DNA from: a virus
Lineage: Duplodnaviria > Caudoviricetes
IMG/VR virus record: IMGVR_UViG_3300017941_000009
Span: 1 to 60,297 of that record
Strand: one strand, 5' to 3'
Length of the DNA: 60,297 nucleotides
Part shown: positions 36,735 through 45,981 of the stretch, in pieces
Layout: every line of letters begins with the position of its first letter
How positions within the stretch are numbered: position 1 is the stretch's first letter
Notes under the pieces: generated by a model
The model's input: only the letters and a program-made list of their open reading frames with translations
Databases searched by the model: none
Told to the model about the DNA's origin: nothing
Program-made: the position numbers and the translations under genes

Positions 36735-38432
36735 ATGAAGTATTCCGGCCTCTTGTCGAAGCGGGACGCCGTCGTTCTTCAGCACTATGCGGCGAAGGCG
36801 CCGCGCATCCTGGAGTTCGGCGCCGGCGGCTCGACCCAGATCTTCGCGCAGTGCGCGCCGGGAACCGTCCTCACCCTCGACACGAACCCGCACTGGATCG
36901 ACCAGACCAAGGCCAGCCTCAAGGCGCTCAAGGTCCCCCCGGGCCGCGTGGCGTTTCGGCTGCTACCCCACGAGACGGGCCCGTCGCTGGACGCGGCGCT
37001 CCAGCGCGAGGCGGCGCCCCGTGCGCCGTATCACCTGGTGTTCAACGACGGCGCGAGCGACCACGAGATGCGGCTGGCGTTTGCCCGTGCCGCCTGGCCG
37101 CTGCTCGCCGAGGGGGGCGCACTCCTGACGCACGATACCCGCCTCCAGCCGGACATCGGATGGCTCTGTACATTTCTGGCGGAGCACTTCGCGACGGTGG
37201 GCCGCGTGTACGCGAACCACCGCGACAGCAACATCACCGTCGTCATCAAGCGCGCTCCATTGCCCTACGAACCCTTTGTCACCGCAACCGACTGGAGACC
37301 CGAGCCGATTATGCCCACCGTCCACCTGTTGGGCCTCGCACACACGATCACCCGCCCTGAGTTCTCGAAGTGCCCCTTCACGGGGAACCTCCTGCGGTTT
37401 CCCAAGATGCTGAAGCCTTTCGGTTACAAGTGCATCCACTATGGCGTCGAGGGGGCGCAGGTCCCCGGTGCGGAGTGTGTCGCGGTGACGAGCGCCGTGC
37501 GGTTCCGGCTGCAGCACAAGGGGCACTCGTGCGATCCGCGCAGTGAGGAGAGCCTCTGGATTCCGGAGGTCTACGAGCTCGACAAGCCGGCGGCGATCGA
37601 GCACCAGAAGGGCATCGTCAAGGCCCTCCTGCCGCGGCTCTCCCGCGGGGACATCGTGTGCTTCCCCTTCGGGCGGGTGCACGAGCGGGTGCTGGCGAAG
37701 CTGCCCCCAGACGTGGTGGCGATCGAAACCGGGATCGGCTACGAGCAGGAATCCTCCATGCCGTTCCAGGTCTTCGTGTCGAACGCCTGGTACTCGTGGC
37801 ACCGGGGCCGTGCGCGGAACATGAACGGCGACTACTACAAGTTCGTGATCGGCAACTCGTTCGATGTCGACGAGTGGACGGTGCGTCCCATCCCCAAGAA
37901 GGGGTATGTGCTCTACCTCGGGCGGTGCAACGAAGACAAGGGGATGCGGATCATCTACGACCTGGCCGCCGCGCGGCCCGACCTGCAGTTCGTCCTCTGT
38001 GGCCAGGGCGCGACGTTCTGGGCCCAGCTCCCGAACATGAAGGCGCTGCCACAGGTCTGGGGCAAGGAGCGGAACACGCTCTTTGCTGGCGCGCAGGTGG
38101 TGTTGATGCCGAGCCTGTACCTCGAAGCGTTCGGGAACGTCTGCGCTGAAGCCCAGCTCTGTGGGCGCCCGGTGCTGAGCACGCCCTGGGGGGCCTTCCC
38201 CGAGATCCTCGCGCACGGGGTGGCAGGCTACCACTGCCGCACCCTGGGGGACTTCCTCAAGGGACTCGAGCTGGCACCGACGCTCAGTCCCAAGGCGATT
38301 CGTGCGCAGGCGGTGGCGCAGTTCTCCCTGCCGGTGGCGGGCGCGAAGTATCACGCGGCCTTCCAGCAGTGCCAGGACCTCCTCGCGGGTCCCGGGTGGG
38401 CCTCGCGAACCCCCCACTGGATCAACGCATGA
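36735..38432 (+). CDS. SAM-methyltransferase + GT-B (GT4-like) glycosyltransferase fusion
   Basis: ILEFGAGGST...LVFNDG...LLTHD, then LYLGRCNEDKG...PSLYLEAFGNVCAEAQLCGRPVL. Confidence 0.9.
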   Translation: MKYSGLLSKRDAVVLQHYAAKAPRILEFGAGGSTQIFAQCAPGTVLTLDTNPHWIDQTKASLKALKVPPGRVAFRLLPHETGPSLDAALQREAAPRAPYHLVFNDGASDHEMRLAFARAAWPLLAEGGALLTHDTRLQPDIGWLCTFLAEHFATVGRVYANHRDSNITVVIKRAPLPYEPFVTATDWRPEPIMPTVHLLGLAHTITRPEFSKCPFTGNLLRFPKMLKPFGYKCIHYGVEGAQVPGAECVAVTSAVRFRLQHKGHSCDPRSEESLWIPEVYELDKPAAIEHQKGIVKALLPRLSRGDIVCFPFGRVHERVLAKLPPDVVAIETGIGYEQESSMPFQVFVSNAWYSWHRGRARNMNGDYYKFVIGNSFDVDEWTVRPIPKKGYVLYLGRCNEDKGMRIIYDLAAARPDLQFVLCGQGATFWAQLPNMKALPQVWGKERNTLFAGAQVVLMPSLYLEAFGNVCAEAQLCGRPVLSTPWGAFPEILAHGVAGYHCRTLGDFLKGLELAPTLSPKAIRAQAVAQFSLPVAGAKYHAAFQQCQDLLAGPGWASRTPHWINA

Positions 38433-38445
38433 AGGTGCCCAAGTC

Positions 38446-38473
38446 TTGCATGGGCGGCCGCCGCCCCCATCTT
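38446..38473 (+). promoter_or_regulatory. Putative promoter upstream of portal
   Basis: TTGCAT-16 bp-CATCTT in an intergenic gap. Confidence 0.4.
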
Positions 38474-38517
38474 AGGGGTGTCGGTACCGTCCTTCTCCTG
38501 ACTGAGGTCGTTCGCGC

Positions 38518-40785
38518 GTGACTGCTCTCTTCCGCCCCCGCGAGAAGCCCCCCACGCCGCAAGGGGATACCACGCCGAGGCACGAGCGCTGGCTCCCGCC
38601 GGCGCTCCGCACGAACAACCAGGAAGACGACCTCGACTCCAAGCGTGCCACCTGGGCTGAGGAGCGGTGGACGGAACAGGATGCCATCTACCGTCTCCGG
38701 GACCGCTCGATCGAAGAGCACATCCGGATGATTGCCGGTCAGCAGTGGTGGGTGTACCACCATCTCCTGGGCTGGCAGGACATCTTCCACTGGATGACGG
38801 ACGACGAGAAGCGCTGGCGCCAGCGCCCCGTCTTTAACCGCATCCTGCCGTGGTTCATCCTCACGCACGCGCGGTTCACCGAGAACCCCTTCATCTGCAC
38901 GTTCCTGCCGGGCCCCGACCAGCACGACGCCGAGGTGGCGGAGATGCTGGACACGCTCTACAAGATCAAGTGGCGCGACACGGGGATGGTGGATGTGTGG
39001 GCGCGGTGTGCCTCGTGGATCATCGCGTCCGGGACGGGCTTCCAGCAGAGCCGGATCGACCTCAGTAAGGGCGAGTTCGAGGACTGGGTCGGCAAGGCGG
39101 AACTCGCGCTGCTCGGCCCCGACGGTCAGCCCGTCCTGCGCGAGGATGGCCAACCCATCACCCGTGAGATCCCCGAGGGCGTGCCGTTCGATGCCAAGGG
39201 CCAGCCGCTCGCCGAGTTGACCTCCGAGGGCCTGCGCATCACCGGCAAGCCGCACCGGGAACGCCGCGGCGATCTGGTGATGGATGTGCACTCGCCGCTC
39301 GAGGTGCGGGGGCAGTGGGGACCGCGGCCGTGGCACGAGCAGAAGATTCACCTGATCCGCTCCTACATCCCCCCGAGCGAGGTGTACGAGCGCTGGGGCG
39401 TCGAGGTCGAGCCGGACGTCACGGATCTTCCCTCGGGGTCAGCGGGCTTTCTGGAGCGGATGCTGTTCGGCTCCGGCTTCTACGGCGCAGCGTCCTCGCC
39501 CGTGCACCCCTACGCGACGGGCAGTGCGCAGGCATCACCCGACGGGTACTGCTGCATCCAGAGCACGTGGATGGCCCCCTCGAAGGCCGTCGAGGGGATG
39601 GAGGAGACAGAGGAGAGCACGGGCGGACGCCTATTGGTGACGGCGAAGGGCAAGACGCTCTTCGATGGTCCGCGCCCCTTCAAGTGTAAGTGGACGAGCC
39701 CAGTCCGTTGCTACGAGTTCATCCGCTTGCCGGGCCGGCCGTGGGGCTCCACCCCACTCGAGATGCTGGTCTCCCCACAGAAGGCGTACAATCAGGGCTG
39801 GAAGCAGGTCCTGGAGAACCGGGCCCTGTGCGCGAACCCGCAGCAGGTGTACGACCTCGATTCCGGCCTCCGCAGCAACCAGGTCGACAACCGCCCGGGT
39901 CGCCAGTACGGTGTCCGGATGAAGAAGGGCGTGAAGCCCATCGACTGGATCATCCCGCCGGCGATGGGGTCGGACGTCTGGCGCAGCCAGCTCGCGCTCT
40001 CACAGGAGCTCTCCTACATCGGCTCGCAGACGGGCACCGATGCCCAGCAGACGATGTCGCGGCGCTCCTCCGCGAAGATGATGGAGGAACTGCGGTTCAA
40101 CGACGACCGCTTCATCGGCCCCACGATGATGCGGTGCGCCGAAGAGAATGGGCGGATGATCGAGGACTGGCGGGCGATGGCGCGCGTGCTCTACACCACG
40201 GAGACCCTCCTCAAGTACACGGGCGAAGACTCGGCGGCGCGTGCAGTCGTGCTGATGCCGCAGCTCCTCGACACCGCGGACGTCACGGTCCAGCCGGACA
40301 TCGAATCCATGAAGCCGGAGGGCCGGGGCGAGCGCCGCCAGCGGGTGTACCAGATGTGGAAGGACAGCGCCTTCGGCGACCCGAAGAGTCCGCAGGCGCG
40401 GCGTATCCTGTACGAGGTGGGGCGGTTCCCGAGCATGGCGCAGATGGTGCCGGGCGGGGTCCACCTCGCTGCCGCGAAGCAAGAGAACGCGAAGATGGTG
40501 CAGGGGCAGGCGTGCCAGGTGGAGGAGTGGCAGGATCACGAGGTGCACCTCGATGCGCACGAGACATTCATGGCGGCGCCGGAGTTCACGCGCCTACCGG
40601 ACGCCGTGCGGGCCATCTTCATCGAGCACCGGCGCCAGACGATGGAGGGCCTGGTGCGGAAGCAGCGGCAGATGCAGCTCATGGCACAGGCGGCCCAGGC
40701 GCCACCGATGCCCCTGCCTGGCGCCCCGGCGCCGGGTGCTCTCCCGGCGGGGGCACCGGCGCAGCCCGCAGGCGCTGCTGCGTGA
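38518..40785 (+). CDS. Portal protein (P22-like, long)
   Basis: 755 aa; GQQW...FNRILP...D.EVAE, PGRPWGSTPLEMLVSPQKAYN, QDHEVHLDAH...; Pro/Ala/Gln tail; upstream of scaffold and capsid. Confidence 0.85.
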   Translation: MTALFRPREKPPTPQGDTTPRHERWLPPALRTNNQEDDLDSKRATWAEERWTEQDAIYRLRDRSIEEHIRMIAGQQWWVYHHLLGWQDIFHWMTDDEKRWRQRPVFNRILPWFILTHARFTENPFICTFLPGPDQHDAEVAEMLDTLYKIKWRDTGMVDVWARCASWIIASGTGFQQSRIDLSKGEFEDWVGKAELALLGPDGQPVLREDGQPITREIPEGVPFDAKGQPLAELTSEGLRITGKPHRERRGDLVMDVHSPLEVRGQWGPRPWHEQKIHLIRSYIPPSEVYERWGVEVEPDVTDLPSGSAGFLERMLFGSGFYGAASSPVHPYATGSAQASPDGYCCIQSTWMAPSKAVEGMEETEESTGGRLLVTAKGKTLFDGPRPFKCKWTSPVRCYEFIRLPGRPWGSTPLEMLVSPQKAYNQGWKQVLENRALCANPQQVYDLDSGLRSNQVDNRPGRQYGVRMKKGVKPIDWIIPPAMGSDVWRSQLALSQELSYIGSQTGTDAQQTMSRRSSAKMMEELRFNDDRFIGPTMMRCAEENGRMIEDWRAMARVLYTTETLLKYTGEDSAARAVVLMPQLLDTADVTVQPDIESMKPEGRGERRQRVYQMWKDSAFGDPKSPQARRILYEVGRFPSMAQMVPGGVHLAAAKQENAKMVQGQACQVEEWQDHEVHLDAHETFMAAPEFTRLPDAVRAIFIEHRRQTMEGLVRKQRQMQLMAQAAQAPPMPLPGAPAPGALPAGAPAQPAGAAA

Positions 40786-40973
40786 GCGCACCGGCACGGG
40801 TCCGGACCGAGGACCTACAGGCCCAGCAGGCGGTCGAGTTGCTGGTCGGGTTGGTCCGAGAGGGGTTCCACGGCAGCGTGGAGATCCACTTCGATCACGG
40901 TCGCCCGGAGCTGGCGAAGAAGCATGTCACGGTGCACTTCGAGAAGCCGCGCGACTTGCTGCGAAGAGGGTAG
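40782..40973 (+). CDS. DUF2292/YezD-like microprotein (63 aa)
   Basis: LVREGFHGSVEIHFDHGRPELAKKHVTVHF fits the [FY]G[SE]VxIx[FV]xxG pattern; GTGA-coupled to portal. Confidence 0.65.
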   Translation: MSAPARVRTEDLQAQQAVELLVGLVREGFHGSVEIHFDHGRPELAKKHVTVHFEKPRDLLRRG

Positions 40974-40988
40974 GTCCGTAGAGTAGGT

Positions 40989-41079
40989 ACATAGCCCGCC
41001 CAGTTGGCGGGTCCGGAAGCCGATCGAAAGGCCCGGGATGCTCCTGAGGGAGCGTCTCGGGCTCTTCGCGTTCAGGGGG
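40989..41079 (+). promoter_or_regulatory. Structured leader motif, copy B
   Basis: ACATAG-hairpin-CCGGAAGCCGATCGAAAGGCCCGG-hairpin-TCTT...CGTT-AGGGGG SD. Confidence 0.65.
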
Positions 41080-41085
41080 CAGCCG

Positions 41086-41352
41086 ATGGAGCACACGTAC
41101 AAGCGGCATGGGGTGGTGAAAGGACTCCGCGAGGACTACGACGACAAGAATCTCGTCGGCGTGGAGTTCGAGGAGCCTGCCCCACCCGCGAAGAAGCGCA
41201 GCCCCAAGTCGCCCGGCATGGTGTCGATGCCCCGCAGCCACACCGTCCCGATGCCGCGCGAGAAGGCCAAGCACTTCGCGGTGGGCGATGCGGTGGAGTA
41301 CGAGGCGACCCTCCGCCACTTCGGGAAGCACGGCGCGAAGGAGGATGCGTAG
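41086..41352 (+). CDS. Hypothetical protein
   Basis: SD directly after leader motif B. Confidence 0.65.
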   Translation: MEHTYKRHGVVKGLREDYDDKNLVGVEFEEPAPPAKKRSPKSPGMVSMPRSHTVPMPREKAKHFAVGDAVEYEATLRHFGKHGAKEDA

Positions 41353-41529
41353 ATGCCCGGCAAACTGAGGCGACACCCGACCTCCGAGGCGCAGCGCAAG
41401 GCGATGGGCGCGGCCGCCTCCGGGCACTCGACGCTCGGGATCCCGAAGTCGGTCGGCAAGGAGTTCATCGCTGCGGATCCCGGCGGCAAGCTGCCCAGGC
41501 GCCGGAAGGTGAAACGGAGGAAGTCCTGA
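41353..41529 (+). CDS. Small basic conserved phage head-region protein
   Basis: [32 protein letters not shown] motif. Not in the ORF track. Confidence 0.75.
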   Translation: MPGKLRRHPTSEAQRKAMGAAASGHSTLGIPKSVGKEFIAADPGGKLPRRRKVKRRKS

Positions 41530-41712
41530 TGCCGATCGGCTTGTTCTCCCCGGACGGGAACTACCCCCCGCGGCGAAGCGTGGTGCAGCAGCGCCGCGAG
41601 GCCGCGTGGCGGTTCAAGACAAGTCAGCGCCAGCGCCGCAAGGCGCGCAGGCGGTAGCAGGACGGGGCCGCACTCACGCGCCCCCGAAAACCAGAGTGGG
41701 GGATTGGACACG

Positions 41713-42969
41713 ATGCTCGAAGACCAGGGTTCGCCAGGTGGTGCCGCACCCGCCGCGGAAGCGCCGGGCGGTGCCGCTGCCGCCGCGCCTGCCGCGCCGG
41801 CCGCACCCAGTGGAACGCAGTCCGCGATCGACGCGGCCCGCCAGCGCCTCGCTGAGACAGGCACAATGCTGCCGGCCGAGGAGGCCGACAAGGGCGGCGA
41901 GGGCGAGACGGCGGAGCAGAAGGCGGCGCGGGAAGCCGCAGCCGCTGCCGGACACGAGGGCGAGACCGAAGAGCAGCGGACGGCGCGCGAAGCGGAAGAG
42001 GCCGCGAACGAGCACCCCGAGACCGCCGACGAGAAGACAGCGCGCGAAGCAGCGGAAGCCGCCGCTGCGGAGGAGCACCCCGAGCTGGCGGTCGTGCTCC
42101 CGCCGGACGAGAACCGCGGTGAGAAACCGATCACCATCGATGCCCCGGACCAGGAGGTCGTGAACCGCCTGAACCGCCTGAACAACGAGGCGGCGATCGG
42201 GCGGCAGGTGAAGCAGGAGCGGCGGGCGATCGAGCGGCAGTTCGACCAGCTCGAGGCGGTCGAGGACCTGATCACGCTCGACCCCGCGGGCTTCGTGCTG
42301 GACCGCGTGGACCAGGTGGTCCGGCCCGACGTGGCGATGCACCTCCTGTTCGAGCCGGGGATGCTCGAAGCCGTCCAGGAGCGGCTCGAGCAGATGGGTG
42401 TCGAGGGGGGCATCGCGGCGGCCTTGGAGAGCCCCGAGACGCTGCGTGTCCTGCGGGCCGAGCTCAAGGCCGGCAGATTGGAGATGCGGGAGACGCTCCG
42501 GGAGAAGGCCGATCAGCGGCGGACGCTGCGTGCGGCTGCGGCCCGGGTCTCCGGACAGATCGACGCCCTCATCCCCGAGCACATTGTCGGGGAGCAGCGC
42601 GACCAACTGTATGAGGAGGCGCGACGGGACATCGTCGCGCGCGCGAAGAAGTACGGCGTCCAGGACCTCGATGCGGAGGATGTGGCGCTGTTCGTAGGAC
42701 GGGTGCTGCGGCAGCACGAGATCGCCGCGGTGCCCGCGCGCAGTGCAGGAGACGGGAAGCCGGCAACCTCACGGCCCCCGGTGCCCGCCGCCCGCACGGG
42801 CGCGCAGTTCACGCAAGGCCGAGACGCTCGGCAGAAAGCCGCCGCTGCCGCCCCCGCTGGGGCCGGTGCGCCCGCTGCGAAGCCTCGTCCGACCCTGCCG
42901 CCGACCACGGACGGGCGCATCGCGTATATCCGGCAGCACGGATTGCGCGCGGCGCTCGGCAAGGTGTAA
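41713..42969 (+). CDS. Capsid scaffolding protein
   Basis: Acidic/Ala-rich N-terminus, coiled coil, directly upstream of the capsid gene. Confidence 0.75.
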   Translation: MLEDQGSPGGAAPAAEAPGGAAAAAPAAPAAPSGTQSAIDAARQRLAETGTMLPAEEADKGGEGETAEQKAAREAAAAAGHEGETEEQRTAREAEEAANEHPETADEKTAREAAEAAAAEEHPELAVVLPPDENRGEKPITIDAPDQEVVNRLNRLNNEAAIGRQVKQERRAIERQFDQLEAVEDLITLDPAGFVLDRVDQVVRPDVAMHLLFEPGMLEAVQERLEQMGVEGGIAAALESPETLRVLRAELKAGRLEMRETLREKADQRRTLRAAAARVSGQIDALIPEHIVGEQRDQLYEEARRDIVARAKKYGVQDLDAEDVALFVGRVLRQHEIAAVPARSAGDGKPATSRPPVPAARTGAQFTQGRDARQKAAAAAPAGAGAPAAKPRPTLPPTTDGRIAYIRQHGLRAALGKV

Positions 42970-43008
42970 CCCGCAGGCTGGCGCGCAGACGCGCGCGAGG
43001 AGCAGCAC

Positions 43009-44388
43009 ATGGCTTCCGAAACGACCACCACAGCCCTCATCGACGAGGCGCTGAAGGTGATCTTCGCGAAGAGCATCCATGACGACATCGTGGTGGACCA
43101 CGAGCTCATGGACATCTTCAAGGCGGAGATGAACGTCAAGAGCGACGAGACCACGGGGGGCCGCTGGATCGAGCAGGGCCACTTCTGGCAGTACCCGGCC
43201 GGCTTCGGGTGGCGCCAGGACAATGAGTACATCCCCGAGGCGGTCTCGGCGAAGTTCAAGAACAGCCGGCTCTACCTCCGCAAGGGGCAGGGCGTGCTGG
43301 AGATGAGCGGCGACACGATGCGCAAGGTGCGCACCGACGAGGGGGCCTTCCTCGACTACATGGAGAAGGCGAAGCCCGCCCTGATCGAGGGCGTGAACAA
43401 CGAACTGGACCTCGCCTACCTCGGCACCGGCTCGGGCATCAAGGCGGAGGTGGCGTCGAAGGATGGTGGGGGCTCGACCGCCGGGACGTACAAGCTCGGG
43501 GTGAAGCATCACTCCGGCATCCCCGGCTACACCGAGGCGTGGCTGGCCTTCCTCGAAGGCCAGAACATCATCTTCGGGTCCAACGCGACCTTCCACACCA
43601 TCCGCGCCGGCGCGCCCGGCCGCTACGCGACCGTGGTGGGCATCGTCGAGGATCGCAACCAGATCATCGTGAAGTGCGATGCCACGCTCTACAGCAACAT
43701 CACGGCGGGCGACTGCATCGCCGAGGGCGATGGGGCCGGCTACTCCGCGATGGACCGGGACGGCAACCCGCGCGTCATGGCGGGCCTCCTGGCCGGCGAC
43801 GACAACGGCGAGATCGTCGAGGTGTACAACAACATCGACCGGATGGCGGACGACGCCCGCCTGTGGCGCTCGCACGTCATCGACGCGCAGGCGGAGTCCG
43901 GCGGCGCGCTGTCTGAGGACCTGCTCGACCTGGCCTTCCGCCGGGCCGTGGTCCGCGGCAACGCGAAGATCACCCACATCGTGATGTCGCACTCGGCATC
44001 CACGATGTACTGGCGCGGGCTGCGGGACGGCGTCAACGCCCAGGGCCAGCAGCGGTTCGTGAACGTCGAGGGCAACTTCACCTCCGGCAAGGGCAAGCTG
44101 GGCATCCGCGTCGGGGCCGAGGTCTACCCCGTGCGCGTCTGCCGCAAGCTCCCGCCCGAAGTCGTGTTCGGCCTCCAGGCCGATCGCTGGGCGCGGCTCA
44201 CCCTCGGCGCGCTCACCTGGGAGGAAGAGACCGGCTCCATGTGGAACCGGGTCGTGGACAGCACGGGCCGGAAGGATGCGTACTACAGCACCTTCCACCT
44301 GTACGAGCAGCTCTACTGCATCGCCCCGCAGAAGCAGTTCCGGATCGACGGGCTCAACCCCGCCGAGCACCCGGCCCACGCGAGCTGA
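43009..44388 (+). CDS. Major capsid protein
   Basis: 459 aa after scaffold, GAGGAG SD, strongly biased codons; GTGSGIKA, MAGL...IDR....WRS and YEQLYCIAP patterns of HK97-fold capsids. Confidence 0.85.
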   Translation: MASETTTTALIDEALKVIFAKSIHDDIVVDHELMDIFKAEMNVKSDETTGGRWIEQGHFWQYPAGFGWRQDNEYIPEAVSAKFKNSRLYLRKGQGVLEMSGDTMRKVRTDEGAFLDYMEKAKPALIEGVNNELDLAYLGTGSGIKAEVASKDGGGSTAGTYKLGVKHHSGIPGYTEAWLAFLEGQNIIFGSNATFHTIRAGAPGRYATVVGIVEDRNQIIVKCDATLYSNITAGDCIAEGDGAGYSAMDRDGNPRVMAGLLAGDDNGEIVEVYNNIDRMADDARLWRSHVIDAQAESGGALSEDLLDLAFRRAVVRGNAKITHIVMSHSASTMYWRGLRDGVNAQGQQRFVNVEGNFTSGKGKLGIRVGAEVYPVRVCRKLPPEVVFGLQADRWARLTLGALTWEEETGSMWNRVVDSTGRKDAYYSTFHLYEQLYCIAPQKQFRIDGLNPAEHPAHAS

Positions 44389-45068
44389 TGCAGGTACGAC
44401 GGTGGCTAGGGCAGGTCGCCGGGGCCTTCGGGCTCCGGCGGCCTGAGCCGGACGAGGACAAGGGACCGTCCTCGCCCGCGCGCCTCATCGACATCCCCGG
44501 CCAGGAACGGCAGCCGAGCGCGGAGCTTCTGCACCGGCTCCGCGCGTTGGACACCCGCGCCGAGGTGCTCTACACCGGGCACGGGCACTGGCTCCTGGGG
44601 CACGTCAACGAAGGGATGGACCGCGGGGCGCGTGTGCGGATGGGCCAGCGCATGGCCCTGCGGGTCCGGGCCGGCGACGGCTACGCCTTCACCGAGGATC
44701 GGTGGGCTGCACTGCGGCAGGGGCTGATGTACGCGCAGGGGTTCCACGTGATCTCCGACCTGGAGATCCAGGGGGAGCCCGACGGGCAGTTGGTCGAGGA
44801 GTTGCGGCGCTGCCTGTTCGTGGAGAACGGGGGCGTGCTCGAGACGCCGCGGGCCCTCGCGGAACAGGCAGCACTGCGCGATCGCCAGCGGGAACGCCAG
44901 GTGCGCGAGCGCGACATGGTGCATTGGTTGTGGGGTCGGAGCGTGTACGGCCGTGGAAATCCCGCGCCCGTTACCGTCCCGAGACTGGTTGATGCCACTG
45001 GGAGGCCGTATGGTGGGAGATCTGAGGCTGGGCAGGCGCGCGCTCGCGAGTTCGCCCGGACTGCTTGA
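44388..45068 (+). CDS. Hypothetical protein
   Basis: TGATG-coupled to the capsid gene. Confidence 0.6.
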   Translation: MQVRRWLGQVAGAFGLRRPEPDEDKGPSSPARLIDIPGQERQPSAELLHRLRALDTRAEVLYTGHGHWLLGHVNEGMDRGARVRMGQRMALRVRAGDGYAFTEDRWAALRQGLMYAQGFHVISDLEIQGEPDGQLVEELRRCLFVENGGVLETPRALAEQAALRDRQRERQVRERDMVHWLWGRSVYGRGNPAPVTVPRLVDATGRPYGGRSEAGQARAREFARTA

Positions 45069-45093
45069 GCAGCTTCGGGAGCAGGGCGCGGGA

Positions 45094-45309
45094 ATGGCTT
45101 CGCAGTTCCGGATGGGCCAGAAGCTGCTTCACCCGGAACGCTTCGACGCGCGCGGACAGCGGAAGCCGGAAGCGGCCCCCGTCAGCGCGGAGACCCAGGA
45201 GCTGTTCCCGAAGCACCTCAACGGCCCGCGCTGGCAGCTCTCGGATGGCAGCATCGTCCGCGGCAAGCGCTCGGACGCTGAGGCGGCCGAGCAGAAGCTG
45301 GGACAGTAG
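45094..45309 (+). CDS. Small head-region protein
   Basis: C-terminal FPKHLNGPRWQLSDGSIVRGKRSDAEAAE motif; start uncertain. Confidence 0.55.
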   Translation: MASQFRMGQKLLHPERFDARGQRKPEAAPVSAETQELFPKHLNGPRWQLSDGSIVRGKRSDAEAAEQKLGQ

Positions 45310-45972
45310 GTGACCGTGGCCGGCACCCTGGTTGTGCGCGACCTCGTCACCGCGGCACGGGATGAGCACCCGACGTTCGACGATCGTCGGCACCCCGACC
45401 CCGTGCTACTGCGCGCGTTGTCGCGGTACAACAAGGAGCTGCTCGGCAAGATCATCCGCCTGGACGACTCGAAGGGAGTGGAGTACTTCGACCAAGCACT
45501 CCCGCTGGCGGTGTTCGACAACGGCATCGCCATCCCGGCGTACAAGTACCCGTTTGGGCTGCAGGCCACGGCCCTCGGCCGGACACGGCCACACCCACTC
45601 GACTTGGTGTCGTGGGAGGAGAGTAGCCAGTATCGGCACGCGGGCTACCTCCTCAACGGCATTCTCTTCCTGTGCGGGCGTCCGCACGACTGGACGTCCT
45701 TTTCCAGTGTGCGGTTCCTGTATGTCGCGGAGCCAGCGGCACTGGCGATGGACCTGGCGACGGTGCTGACGGCGATGCCGGACAGCGCGGAGCCCACGCT
45801 CGTCGCCTATCTCGCGCTGAAGATGGCGCAGCGGGGCGGCGCGGGTGAGGGTGAGACGAGGCCGGATCCCGGGGTGTTCGGGGCGCAGTGGCAGGCGGCC
45901 GAGGATCGCCTCCTGGACGAGATGGGCCGGAACACGCAGGCCGTTTCGTCGGTTATACGCGATGTGATGTAA
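45310..45972 (+). CDS. Head-tail adaptor-like protein 3
   Basis: VRDLVTAAR...FLYVAEP...MPDSAEPTLVAYLALKMAQR. Confidence 0.6.
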   Translation: MTVAGTLVVRDLVTAARDEHPTFDDRRHPDPVLLRALSRYNKELLGKIIRLDDSKGVEYFDQALPLAVFDNGIAIPAYKYPFGLQATALGRTRPHPLDLVSWEESSQYRHAGYLLNGILFLCGRPHDWTSFSSVRFLYVAEPAALAMDLATVLTAMPDSAEPTLVAYLALKMAQRGGAGEGETRPDPGVFGAQWQAAEDRLLDEMGRNTQAVSSVIRDVM

Positions 45973-45981
45973 GGAGCTACG

